A DNA stretch of 64,000 bases, from positions 1-64,000 of the forward strand of contig NOWV01000198.1 in assembly GCA_003344405.1 (NCBI GenBank), given 5' to 3'. The translations under genes and the position numbers were made by a program. The notes below the pieces were generated by a model. It made no database searches. It saw only the letters and a list, made by a program, of their open reading frames with translations, and was not told where the DNA came from. The stretch comes from Trichoplax sp. H2. Lineage: Eukaryota. Numbering within the stretch: position 1 is the stretch's first letter; every line of letters starts with the position of its first letter. Shown here one piece after another: positions 40,936 to 54,459 of the stretch.

Positions 40936-42227
40936 GTTCAACACGTTTATTCTTTTATTTACAAGACAATAGTCTTTCACTTTGCCCTTCCTTCCAGAAG
41001 TACTATGATTAATGTTAATATTTGATCTGTGTATTTTTCTACCTAATTAATAACGAGATCATCATTCAATTGCTTTATGAAAATGATGGCGCTACCATCC
41101 CTGCTGCGCTCAATGAATAACTCATTGATGGTTAGCAATCACTTAAGTTACAATGAGAGGAGTGATTGAATTAAGTGAAAATAAATGCCAATTGAATACT
41201 CTACTTTTTCTTGACAGCCAAATCACTATTGTCTCTAGCTGAAAAAAATAAAAACTGCAACAACAAGACTGGTTTTGATTAAGGTATTCTCTACGAGTAG
41301 ACGCAATCCTATGGCGCTCAAAAGGAACGATTTTATGGCCATTTCCCAAGCAAACGATTGATATACAGCTCTACATAAAATTATATACAAATAATGCATG
41401 ATAATCATGAATTGTTCATCACTTTTTAAACATCTCCATTCCTTCATCAAGACATCAACATTAGGTAAACAGCTGATAATTTGGACTTTATTCGAACGGA
41501 CTATCCATCGAGCTAATAAGCTACACGTGATGAAAACGTTTTCTCCTTCAATAACGCATGATTAGCTCATTAGTGAACACAATCAGTAAAATTGATCTTA
41601 TTATGAAAATTATTCCATGCGTTATTCTACTCAAGTATTTGGCTAGGCATGATGATGACTCAATGTGATAATTGGTATCCAAAATAAACAATTTCAATTG
41701 CTAGAGTAGGGTAAATAACAACAGAAAGAAAACATCGGCGAGATGGATTACTTTCAGCGATGACTCGTGGCCATGTTGATTCAATATGAAATAAGTCCAT
41801 TTTTTTCCCTGCTATTCGTTAAATTAATTGTAGAATAGCGCCTTGGTTTGCATTAATAATGAGTCGGTAGACTAGGCCAATGTCTTTCAGATCATGTTTA
41901 TATTGCCTATGGATGAATACCGCTAATTAGGCTTAATATTTTTTAATATTTGGATTGATCCCACTATTAAAATAAAAGAGGACTGAGAAAAAAACGTACA
42001 AAAATTGCTGCATTAAGGAAACTATAATGATATGATATGTTCAGTATTGTAGAAGTAAGTAATCATAATTTAACAATTGTAGGTACACGTAAATTAGATG
42101 ACTTTATAATATTTAATATTAATATATAGTGGTCTGTAACACGTAATATTTCAAGCTAAGAAGGTTTCGTCATTCGCTCTGGCCTTGACTAGAAGCTGTA
42201 AATGAATGAGTAAAGTCGAACATAGTG

Positions 42228-43175
42228 ATTATGAAATCAATGCGGTTTTTAAAAGCAGCGATATATCATTAAATTACTACGACAGGGATTAAGAAATTCA
42301 AAAACTGCTTACATATACTCGTATAAAGAAAAAGAGAATCAAGCAAATAAGTTTTGGCACAGATACTAGCCCTCTTTTTCAAGTTTAATAGGGGTTCGCC
42401 AACTGCTATAGCTAGGATTAGAAACTGTGAATTGATGAGCAGTTGAGAATAATAATTAGGAAATCAACATGGGTTACTAAATGTGACATTAGATCAGTAA
42501 ATTTAAAACAGGAATTGAGTGTTGCAATAATTGCTTAGACGGAGGAAATAATAATTAATCAGAGAATGCTAGTAAATCAGTTTGCGTGAATATAAACCAC
42601 AAGGTGTTTGTTTCAAATTTAAATTTTCATAACCTGCTATGACTCGGGTTAGAAAATGTAGCGATATGAGCAAAATTGGGATAATAATTGAGAAATCATC
42701 ACAGTTTTTGAAAGTTGCACCAGATCAGTAAAATCGCTACATCAGCGATTAATTAATATAAAAATTACTTAGATGAAGAAGATGACAATCAAAGAATAGA
42801 AGGGCGTAAATTTTGGCATGGATACCAGCTCTCTATAGCAGGTTTAAATCAAAAAGGCTTCGCTATCTACCATAGCTAGGATTAGAAACTATGAATAAAT
42901 AAGCAAAGTTAAGGGTAACTCTTAGAAAAATCAGTGCGGCTTTTTTATATTTCACTAGACCAGAAAAATTACTGCCATAGAAAGGAGTGACGCAAAAATT
43001 ACTTAGATGAAGGAACTAGTGATCAGAGGATGGAATCAAACAGATTTTAGTATAAACGTTAACTCTCTATTTCAAGTTGTATATGGGTTTCGTCGTCATC
43101 TGCAGTTGGTTTGAATTAGAAAATGAGAAATCAGTGAGCTACGTCGAGGGTAATAATGACGAAATTAGTGTGGCT
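42228..43175. repeat. Degenerate tandem repeat, ~235-bp unit, 4 copies
   Basis: Recurring gaaatca...agatcagtaaa...aattacttagatgaag...ttttggca..gatac.agc.ctct...caagttt...tagctaggattagaaact.tgaat at ~42235, 42460, 42692, 42927. Confidence 0.85.
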
Positions 43176-44460
43176 TGAGTGTAGAAAAGGCTAACTTTTC
43201 AATTTCATTCATAGTGTAGTAATTGGTAATTTAATATCGTCTAATAATGATGCTAAATATTTTAAATCTATTTAACTAACTTAATCTATTAGCATTATGC
43301 AATAACATAATTTGTAGACAAAACAGTCATTTTTCCAATCACATAAGAAATGGCAATTTTTTTGACTCCATTTAGCACTAAATCCGCAAATTTACTGCAG
43401 TTGATGAGAGTACAAACGGAGCCTATTTTGACTAATGTTTGAAATATTGCCACTAGTAATAGACTCCGAAAAGACCAAATTGGAAACTTTTCCCGTCATG
43501 GTTCACTAAATGTGAACAATAAAAATAGTTTAAAATATACATACATTAGGTATTGAAAGGTTTATAATAGAATTTCGCCCTGTAGCAATATTCCATCAAT
43601 TATAATAGATTACTGATCGTTTAATTAATCAAGTAAAATTGGCAGTGGTAGCTCTGAATTTTATTCAGTATAATATATTGTGCAGTATATGTTCTCGTTC
43701 ATTTGAACGAGAACTCAACTAGTAATAATAATGCACCTTTAGTATAAATTATCACTTTTAATAATCTTACTCTATATTCCAAATATTACATGATGAAAAG
43801 TAGCCATTGCGATAAGCTTATTATTATCGATATCAAGAGTGATCAATATCATCCTAATAATGCTAGCTGACTATCCATCTTAAACGTTTCTTGAGGAAAG
43901 ATAACTATTGCATTGCTTTGGTTGATATTGATAAAATAAATGGCCAGCATTACTTATATCTTAATCACGTAGATTTACCATAAAATTTCAACGTGACTTA
44001 ATAAAGGCAGCCATTGCATAAAATACTTTTACACTAGATGGGACTTGAAATTGATTCTAATTAGTTTTAAAGAAAACTATCTAGCATCTAATATAGGTGC
44101 AGAGTGCTTCACTAATAATTTTTCCTAACGTGCTGAGATTTTTTACTTTTACTACCATGGTATCACATTCTCTCCATTGATTTAGTTATTCTTTCGGTAA
44201 TTTTCACTTTTGACATACAACAGTTTAGATACAATTTTGAAATAAACCCGGCATTACGATCAAAAGTTACGAAACGAGAAGTTATACAATATTTAACAAG
44301 TAAGAGAAGTATTTGGATCGCTTGATTTTGGATCCATTTTGTCTTTATAGAATATACGTATGCTGTAGCATAACGTATAAAATGAGTTATTAATCAATCT
44401 CACTTTAACGTGTGCGTATTTTACAACTAAATCTCATCGAAAATAAATAAATAGGCTTAA

Positions 44461-44828
44461 AGTTATCCAATATTTTAATAAAGTACGAAAAACATTGCGA
44501 CCGATTTGATTTCAGATATGTTTTATCTTATTGCAATATATGAAACATAAGGTGTAAGTTGCTTGGGGTTCGGATGATTCTAGACTTAACCGTCCAGTTA
44601 CTAGATGTAGATTACTAAATAGACTGGTATTGAAAACAAATGGATGCTCGAAATTATCCAATATTTTAACAAAGTACGAACAGTATTACTACCGATCTGA
44701 TTTTGGATATGCTTTGTCTTGTTATAACGTAGGTAACTAATATAAGGCGCATTGAGTTAGAATAATTCTAGACTTAATAGTCCGGTCACTAGAGGTAGAT
44801 CATTGAAATATACTGGTATTAAAACAAA
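44461..44828. repeat. Tandem duplication, ~191-bp unit, 2 copies
   Basis: ttatccaatattttaa.aaagtacgaa...ttctagacttaa..gtcc.gt.actaga.gtagat...actggtatt.aaaacaaa at 44463 and 44654. Confidence 0.88.
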
Positions 44829-46187
44829 AAGTTGTTGTACGGCACTACATGAAATAGAAGTAATTTCTCAATTTTGACTTCAATTACTATCATTTAAAGA
44901 TTCCACTGTATAATGCTCTCAGATGAAATCATAAATGACCATCTGGCAATGGTAGTTAGCTGGAAGAGAAACCACCTCGAAAATACCGCGGTATCTTTAA
45001 AACTGTCATACTGCTTTTAAGTTAGTATCTTGTCTATGCTGCATAAGATTGCAAGTACGATCTATGGACTAGCAAATCTCTTGAGAGGGTTGAGCAAATG
45101 AGTAACTTCTAATCCTATTAGCTAATATGTATACATGACAGACAATAATCACTATTTTAATTAATCTGTATTGATCTGCAATAGGTTCCAATACGACACC
45201 ATATACGAATATCTTGGAACTAGTTAAGATTGCGTAAAAATATCTAATATTGAAGCGTTTCCAGGATTTAGGTTAGCATTAAATTATCGCGTCTGATCGT
45301 TGTAAATTATCTTCAGGTTAAGTGAAGGCTTAGTGTATTTTTTCCTTCCTACTGCTCAAAATAAACTCTATATGCTATAACAGAATTAACATTACGAAAA
45401 TCTATATTTCACTTATTATTTAAATTAATCAAGCTTCTCAATCCACATATACCACGAAAGAATTCGTGATAATTAGACTGCCTTACTCATTGAAAAACTG
45501 CAAGTATCTAACAAATTGTACAAGTCTATTCGTCGACTTTATAGGAGATTGATCTTTAAATTAATGCGTGACTGAGTTGAATAGTTACAATAACCTAATT
45601 AAGAATATGACGTTAATAAATCTATTATACGTTCGTAAGATGGTTATGAATGACAGAACTTATAATAGAATTGAAATCCTAATTAAAATTAATAAAAGTT
45701 CTCTTATCATCTATGGGCGGCTATGATTAAATTATATAAAAATATATAAGAAACGAAGGCAATAAAATTTGTCGTATTACATTATAAGATACAATAATCC
45801 TTTATTGATCTAGAAGAGCCACTCTACGCGTATATCTATCGCAGAAACTGATTTCCGATTCAATTTAGAATAGATAGGAAATAAGATCACGTCTCGTATT
45901 ATTTAAGTTGATAATATTGTACATTATTAAAAATATTTTTAATTATTAATAAATATCATTCAATTTCTTTATTATAATTCTTTTATAGATTATCCTATTA
46001 CAGGTTAATTTTTACTTTATAGGATTGACAGAACTCGATAATAAACGCGTTTTGACAATCAAGCATTTAGTAGGATGATGGAGGATCATTGAAGATTGAA
46101 CGCAATGATACAATATTAATGGATATTAAATAGAATATCAATCATTCTAGATGGTTACTAAATTTTGTAGATATTCGCAGTAGAAAT

Positions 46188-49100
46188 TTAAGAATTGGAT
46201 GTAGGCGAAGGCGATCGTATGGCTGGTGAACGAGAACGAGAGCGAGAACGAGAATGCGATGATAATCGTTTAGAAACTGAACCTGACCTATCACTACGAC
46301 CTCGATCTGGAGGCGATAGGATATTTCTAATTTTATCTTCTTGTACCTTTTGCTTTAAATTTTCTGCCTTTTGTTGAAAGCGATCTCCTTCCTTTGCAGT
46401 ATTTGCTCCCAGTACTAATTCACTGTAATATACATTCATTGGTGCAAAGTGAATCAATATTAAAATTTTATCTGAATCAAATTTTATGATATAAATCCAT
46501 ATCAATTTTAAAGTATTCTATAATGTTTCCTTCGTACCTAAAGTTAATTTCTCCATCACCATCCTTATCCAATTCATCTAATAATTGCTCAAGTTCTTCT
46601 TCTCGTAATGGCACATTTGTTCTCTATTAATAATATTTTAATATTATTTCATTATATTATGCTATTTGACAAAGTGAAGAAAAAGGAATGACTACCAAGC
46701 TTGAACAAGTCCATGTATGGCACAAGTATTTCAGCTAATGTTAAAATTTTACTGCCATAAATTAGCAACTATTCCGTTATACTGTACATATACAATTGTG
46801 AAGAGTGCTAAACTATATCAGCAGTATAAGGTACATGATCCTATATCATAACTAGTGAATAAAGAATGCACATGTTGGATTACAGCCTTACCCTAATTCC
46901 AGTTCTAAATTCGTCTCTTGTAATACTCATACTTTTATCTTTATCGAGTGCAAAAAAGAAATCGATTAATCTCATCTTCTGATCTGTAATATATTCACGA
47001 AGTATTTGCATAGGGCGTCGTTTAGGTTGGCCTTTTCTTCCTAACTGCGCACCACCACCGCCATAGATAAATTTAAGATCTGGATGAGTTTCTTTCATGC
47101 TTTTCATTACTTCTTCGCAGTGCTCATCGACTTGAACATTCTATGGGATAACAAAATATATATGCTAAGAATAGACGTAAAAGATATATCGATAAATTCT
47201 ATAAATAATTAATTTGCCTATTTAGGGTCAAAGTTGAAGCAATGCTATTCTATAGGTTATACTAACAAATAATTGGATTTCTCGCAGAGCTGAGCCGAGG
47301 TTCATCTTTATAAAAGTTAATACTGGAAAACATTCAATTGGATTGTAACTGATCTGTAGATAGAGCATAAAATGAAATTTATCGAGTGAGCAATTCAGTA
47401 ATTTTTCGTGTCATTCTATCTTACGATGACCGTAGAGATGCTATTGCATATTCACATTTAATTTACGGATCGTTTACTATCATTAGAAAAATATCAAGGA
47501 CTAACTTTTAGTATTTCTAAAGTCTCATTTACGGCTAATCCTTCTGCAAGTCCTACTATACCCGGTGTGAAGATTCGATTATTGCTATAATTATGATAAT
47601 AAAAGAAATTTTCAACCCATTTATGACATTCTAAAGAATAGACAGTATACTATAGAATAGAACATAAAATTGTATCTTTACCTTAGATCGAGTTCTAGCA
47701 ACACGTTATTGTGTTTCAAGGCATCACCCATAGCAATTGCACCTTCGTCTGCAAATCCATTCCACGATAAATCCAACTTCTTCAGTGATACATTATTCTA
47801 AAAATAACGAAACCGTCGAACAAAATAAGCGAAATCAATTTTCGTATACTAAAGTATTAATTAAAGTATACTACGAAAAATATTAATAAAATTAGAGTTA
47901 TCTAGTTTTCAAAATTAATGAAATTGCAAAGAACCTTTAAACTGACTGCAATAGCAATAGCGCCCGTTCTACGAAATGCGTTCCAACTTAGATCAAGATT
48001 TTCAATTGAAGAATTAAAACCAATAGCAGGCCCTAAAGTTGTTCCAGCCTTTTCATCAAATTTGTTTTTACTTAGATTGAATGTGATTAATCTTGTATTC
48101 GCCTTAAAAGTTCACAAAGATGATAGCTATTAAAATGCTGTTAAATTTAGTATCCAACATACACTATATTCACTCTAATATTCGTAATCGATATTACTGG
48201 CAATGTATTATTGATACTACTAAGTAGCAGTAAAGCTTTAAGAAATAATAAGGTAATAAGTCAATGACGTGAAATAATAAAATCTAAAAGTATAAATTAC
48301 CCTGAATGCATCGGCAAACTCTGAAGCAAGTTGCAGATCGAATTCGTTGTTGCTTATGTTAAGGTCTAATAAAGTCGCATTTTGTTGTAACATTTCTGCT
48401 ATAGCTAATCCACTTTTATAACTTAAACGGTTACCAGCCATATTCTAGTTAAGCAAAAATAATTACTCCGTTAAGCCTATCACGATGCTATTAGTGAAGC
48501 AGTATGAAAATTGCATACGAATTAGCTAAAGGCTTACTTATTCTATACTTACTAAATGTGTTAAGTAGCAGTTTTCTTTCATCATCTCAGCAATTGCACA
48601 ACCACCTTCATCTCCAATCCAATTGTCGGCGAGATTAACTTTAAGTATACTAGTGTTAGACTATAGAATAGGGATCAAAGTAGTAATTTATTAGCTCGAA
48701 TAAAAAAAGTAATCGAAACTTCATTTATAACTCTTGATTTATGATTCTATATTAATTGCGTATATCTGATGACAAACCACTAGAGTTATGGCTATCGCCT
48801 TTGCTCCTGCAGCACCTAAGCCATGATGCTTTAGATCAACTTCTGTCAAGTGTAAATTTCTACTAAAGAAGGAGACTGGCGTCACTTTCATTAGACGGCA
48901 TGCTTCGATATAAGTTTTTCTCCCTGTATCATCATAATTGCCTTTCGATTCTAGGTTTAAGGAAATAAAAAACTTATTGGTGACTTAGCCAGTCAATATG
49001 ATGGTAAACAAAATATTAAGTAATTTTATCCTTGGACAGGAAATCCCCAAATTTAGATACTGTATTGATCGTATTCATAGTGAAAAAAGGATCAGTGGCC

Positions 49101-49785
49101 GTGTTAATAAAGTTTTAGATTAATTGTTATGATTATGCTTCGACTTTTAAGCCCATAAAGACATACATTCGATTAAACCCGACATGTTACTAAAATTTGC
49201 TTCCTTACATAGGGCAAGTCTCATATTAATAATACCTTATACGAATATGCGCGATCATCTTTATCAATAGACGTACCTTCTACTTCTAAATCAGTTTCCC
49301 ATCCAGAATCATCGATATCAAGTGAATCGTCATCATCTTCTACAGCAAGATGGGCTTCAACATCGTGTTCGTCATCCGTGGATTCATTAAAATTCTGTTT
49401 CATTGAAAATACATCAAATACGTCAATAACACCACTTGTGTTTAATTACATTGAATGCCAATGACAATTTATATTTTGAAGTACAGTACTAGTATCTTGA
49501 AAATATTCACTAACAACACTAATCATCGCTTTTTGCAGCATATTATAATAAGCGCAGTCAAAGTTACCAGCTAATTCAATAGCCTTTCGTTTTTCATGAC
49601 TGAAAATGAGTTCAACGAATAATATTCCGAAAGACACGATAGGAAAATAATCAAACTATATCGTCAAGTTTCACTTTTTAAAAGTACACGCTCACTTTTG
49701 ATTGCCGACCAGACGGGCTATCTTCTTCATTTGATATTTGTAAATGTGTAGTGCGAAAGCTATGTAGTGAAGATTTCGCCGACAT
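46188..49785 (-). CDS. LRRC74: Leucine-rich repeat protein 74 (LRRC74A/B-like) with C-terminal EF-hands and an RS-rich tail
   Basis: DDSGWETDLE; YIEACRLMKVTPVSFF...DLKHHGLGAAGAKAIAITL; RI-type LRRs (LDLSWNAFR, LDLSWNGFADEGA); EF-hands LDKDKSMSITRDEF and LDKDGDGEINF. Confidence 0.85.
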
Positions 49786-49818
49786 CTTGACACCAAGTAA
49801 TTAATTATAACTGCTGTC

Positions 49819-49832
49819 GTTGTCATGGCAAC
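49819..49832. promoter_or_regulatory. RFX X-box upstream of LRRC74
   Basis: GTTGTCATGGCAAC, one mismatch from the palindrome GTTGCCATGGCAAC, 33 bp upstream of the ATG. Confidence 0.85.
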
Positions 49833-50543
49833 AAAGGTCATTCGCATATGCACAGTTTATCAGGTTATTGGATTTATATGAAAGCGCAAGACTGGTTTAA
49901 ATTAATTATCTTTTAATTCAACTTAAGTACGGAGGCGGTATGACTTATTATATTCCTTTCGATGCTAAAAACATGATAGCGAAGACAGTTTTCACAAGAA
50001 TACACGTACTGTATAATGCAACCATTATATCGTGTTGAGTAATTCAAGAAAGATATAATTAAATATTATTTTTATTGATTTAACAATGGTACCGCTATAT
50101 AAATGGTCGATAGAACTGAAGACATCTTGTCTTGTACTAGTTTATTTGATCATTTGATCGTGTAATATTATAATACAATAATACGATTATAGCAATTATT
50201 AATATCATTACTACGCCATAACAACTTTATACAAATGCAATATATCTCATGTAAAAAATGAAATAGATAAATAAAAGTCTTACATTCATATTTCTATAGC
50301 TACTAGTAGTATTCACATATTAGATAAGATTATCTAGCGTGGACAAAACAAGAGTAGCAAATTTCGTACTCGCTATGACTTTATCTCTTCGATAGAGAAA
50401 TGTGGTATAACTCTGCATAGTAGAACTATAAGAATCCTAAGAATAAAACTAAATAAAAATCAGTTCTATACATTTTATTCAACGTTATCCTCGACGATCA
50501 TGAAGATACTGGGATCCACAAAAAATCCACGAAAGAAAGTCTA

Positions 50544-53269
50544 TTACATGTCTTCCTCGGAATCTGTATCCATTACTAAAATATCGCCGACCTATAAAAT
50601 TCATTATAAAGAGGCTTTATTATCAATCATTTGACAGTAACTACTTTAAGAATTCAGAACGCGTAAACATATCATGCCTTATCGGTAGGATTCGGAATAG
50701 AGGTAACTGATCCAGCGTAGAATACAGATTTTATCTACAAAGTTAAAGACGATATGCAATATAGCAATACAATTATATTGTTATCAATTTACAACATTTT
50801 GCAATAAATGAGGTTCAGGCAATGTTCAGTTTACAACCTTTTTATGAGGTGGTGTTCCAGGGATAAATGCATCACCATCGGAATCTACATCTTTTCGTGG
50901 TCATAAGCACATTGCAAAAAATGTAAACGTAAAGATGTGGTAATAGTTTTGTCAGTTATAGATTACATCATTAAGACTGGCTCACCTTCTTCTTCATTGC
51001 TTTTCTGAGTTATCTGAGCTAAGTGTGCAGATGAACTGATAAAGAATTAAGACATGAGTATTTTTCTAGTTTTTGAATTGTAAGGGTCTAGTGGAAAATT
51101 TAGTAGCCGGGTACGTCTCTTTTTACCGTTTATCCTGCGTCGCTGAATCATCTTCAAGATTTGATTTTTCTAAGATAGAGTCTTCGATAATGTGACAATG
51201 GGAATCGTCTAGATTGGTTGTCTATGATTTAAGATTAATAGTCCAAGCAATATAAATAATGTGAAATAATGTTCATTGCCGTACAAAATCTGTACTGCTA
51301 CCTACATTTTGATGAAAAGCATTGCTCCTTTGCGATGGGGTATCGGTATCAACTAAGCTAGCCAATACGAAATCAGCTGTAAATGTATTCTCTTTCGCGA
51401 TATGAAACATGATTGGCCTACCGTGTATTACAAATCATTAGCTATAGCCTCTATTTACATCATTATCAGCATAGTAAGAACGAGAATTATCGCTATCTAT
51501 TGCCTAGAAAAGTAACTCATACTTTCCAGCCGATTCAAAGTGCATGGAAATAGGCTGGCCGGTATATTCGCCAAAACTAACAATGGCCTTTTGGAATATT
51601 AAAATACATCAGTACGATTACGATAGTTATATTCGATATTAAAGATAACATTTATTTTAATTCATTGAAATATATATGGAGATAATATCTCATCTAATAC
51701 ATCTCTTGCAAGATCTTACACGGAATTCTTTCAGGCAGAAAGTAATGTCACCTTCCGTCTTGACATCGTAAGATAAGAATTCATGGGTAGCCAGATTCAT
51801 TTCTGTATATAGCATTTTACTTAATTCTATGCAGGGAAATAATTAGTAACAAAAATTTTACTGCTTGGAACATACTTTCACAGCTCATTACTAATAACCA
51901 ATGTAAAGGAATATAAAGTACCTGCTTGATCTTCAACATAGTTCTTAATGATAATATTTTCTTTCGTAGCAACAAGTGTAATTTCTTCTTGCGAAGCGTG
52001 GAAGTTACATATAGTATTGCTGAATATCCTTTTGTGATCAAGTCATAGTTAATCCGTTATTGAACTGAAATACTCGCTAAAAATTTGTTGGATTTAACTA
52101 TCAACTGGATTATCAATTCTTATATTTATGAATATGTCATACTTGGGCAGCGAAACGATTGCATTCGGGCAGTCGTCTTTTGTAAACATTGCTTCCAAGC
52201 TTTCGCAATCTTGTAAAAGGAGATCGAAAGCTTTTCTTATTCCTAGGTACAGGTTAATAAAAGTTATGAAATAATATCAATCGTAGTGTTTAGTAATAAA
52301 AGTATTACACCGCAGTCCTATCTTGTAACTAACCGAAACGACATTCTAGTAAAAATTTTAGACGATTTTCATTTCCATCTAGAGTAATCGAGCAGCTGTT
52401 TACATTTTTATCCGTACTTGATGATCTGAAGATATTCAGGCAAGGCTATTTTCGTTGTACGGTCAACAAAGAAATCAACATGTCAGTTTTTATTACCGAA
52501 TTGTCTTGTGTGCAGTGCTTCAGCATGACTAACGATATATTAATTTAGTGCATTTACCTTCATATTGATTTTGCACTTTAAAATGCTGTCACTGCCACCA
52601 GAGTCTGATTCTCGAACGCGAAAAGTTGAAAAGAAGCGCGATTTGAATTCCATTCGGGAATAAGCGGAACGGGATGAGTTTACTGTTCGTAAATCGATCT
52701 GCAAGAGATCATTGTTTGGTTTTACTCATTTTGCCACGGTACCACTATTATTGTCAAAGTATTTTTATAAATAAATAAATTTACATACGCCATTTTCATT
52801 AATCTGGACATAGAGTTCGTCTCCAACTTTAGATAGACATTGAATAGCTTTACCAAAAACTACATGATAAGAATTGCTCTTTAGATTACAGAACATTGTT
52901 AAAATCTGAGTATTGTACGTATGATTTATCTATCTTGCATACTGCGCGGGCTTTACTGCTCGCTCGCACACGTATTGAAGTCACTGATTGATCATTTGCA
53001 TAATGACCGTAAAAATATTCCTGTGTAAGAAATGGGGTAACAGCTAACACTAATCTATGATAACTTACATATCAGTAATACCGTATATAACAGAACTGTT
53101 GCTGCTGTTGTGCATCTAATTCATTCAATACCGTACTGTGCAAGTTGATTGATTATATATTGGACTAAGGCAGCACAATTTCGTGTTTGGGGGAAAGATA
53201 ATATTTCTCACCCTTAACTGATTTTCCAGGGATAACCGCAATAGCGGAGAATGCCATAGTATTCGACAT
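50544..53269 (-). CDS. RAD9: Cell-cycle checkpoint clamp subunit RAD9 (9-1-1), multi-exon
   Basis: VK|VFGKAIQCLSKVGDELY; DLRTVNSSRSAYS; FHASQEEITL; ITFCLKEFR; FIPGTPPHK; C-terminal LVMDTDSEEDM* resembling the CK2/TopBP1-binding tail. Confidence 0.92.
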
Positions 53270-53594
53270 TGTGCCTACAGTTGGAGATATGAATGGGACA
53301 GCGATCAGTTTACTCAGATATCAATTACTGTACTTATCAGTGAAATAAAGTTCATTTTCACACACCTCTACACAAATATCAACACAAGTAGTTGCTTCTT
53401 GGCCTTTTAATCCGTCTATTAAGAACGTCTCTACAAATTTACTCCACCATCATGGTCGCCATATACGCCGAAAAACTTGCCAATCGCTGTGGATTATATC
53501 TTTCAAGCCAGCCAATGTTAGAAGTGGCTAGAGTACAATTCGAGTCAGTGACTGAATTTGGTAGGCAATGGCAGAATTTCAAGGGCAATCATTC

Positions 53595-54140
53595 ACAGTG
53601 AAATGACCTAGAATAGAGTGGCAGTCTAAGCTTAACTATTGCTATAAAATATGCTAGAACTGAATGATATCCTAAAGTAAGCTTGAATTGGTTATGAAAT
53701 AAACTGGAATTGAATGAAGGTCTAACCTTGAATTTGTTACGAAATGAGCTGAATTGACTGGCAGTCTATGCTTGAATTTGCAATGAAAGGGGCACAGTGA
53801 AATGGCCGAGAATAAAATGATAGTCTGAAATTGAATTTTGCTATAAAATACGCTAGAATTGAATGACAACCCAAGGTGAGTTTGAATTAGCTATGAAATT
53901 GACTGGAATTGAATGATAGTCTAACCTTGAATTGGCTACGAAATAGGCTGGATTGATTGGCAGTCTATGCTTGAACTTGTAGTGAAATGGACTGGAATGG
54001 AATGGCAATGAACTAGGCTGGAATTGAATGGCAGTCAGTACTTGAAATTGCAGTGAAATGGGCTGGATTGGAATAGCGGTCGATGCTTGAATTGGCTATG
54101 AAATGGACTGGAGTGGAATAGCAGTCTAAGCTTGAATTTG
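53595..54140. repeat. Minisatellite, ~45-bp unit, ~12 copies, between RAD9 and CCDC86
   Basis: Consensus approx. GGAATTGAATGGCAGTCTAAGCTTGAATTGGCTATGAAATGGACT repeated head to tail with divergence. Confidence 0.9.
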
Positions 54141-54268
54141 CGGCCAATGGCGATCACTGCCGGTCAAGCTGAAATGGAAAGTAAGAAGTTTGTGGTTACT
54201 ATGGATATGAAATGACCGATCATGTTCGTTCTTGCATACCGCAACCTGAGGCTGCAAGGCAAACGAAA

Positions 54269-54426
54269 TACAGTACAGTACAGTACCGGTACTGTTCTAC
54301 TGTCTAGTGGTACAGTACAGTGTAATACCGTACAGTACAGTACTGTCATGGAGCTGCAGATATCGTACTGTACTGTACACTGTACACTGTACAGTTCGTG
54401 GTTGGAGTACTGTACTGTACCAGTAC
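54269..54426. promoter_or_regulatory. TACAG/CTGTA array in the RAD9-CCDC86 divergent promoter
   Basis: tacagtacagtacagtaccggtactg...gtactgtactgtacactgtacactgtacag...gtactgtactgtaccagtac, ending ~35 bp before the CCDC86 ATG. Confidence 0.7.
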
Positions 54427-54459
54427 TTCAGCATTCAACGGATTGCTTTGACGTTCAAA

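Noticed and set aside
29455..46187. Autonomous transposon in the repeat-rich gaps
   Set aside because: No transposase, RT, Rep or helicase motifs in any listed ORF
53595..54140. Possible CRISPR array
   Set aside because: Contiguous diverged units without unique spacers, no cas genes, eukaryotic context
54195..54208. X-box-like GTTACTATGGATAT (and GTTTCCTAGACAAT at ~58117)
   Set aside because: Several mismatches to consensus and neighbouring genes are not known ciliary genes; too weak to call
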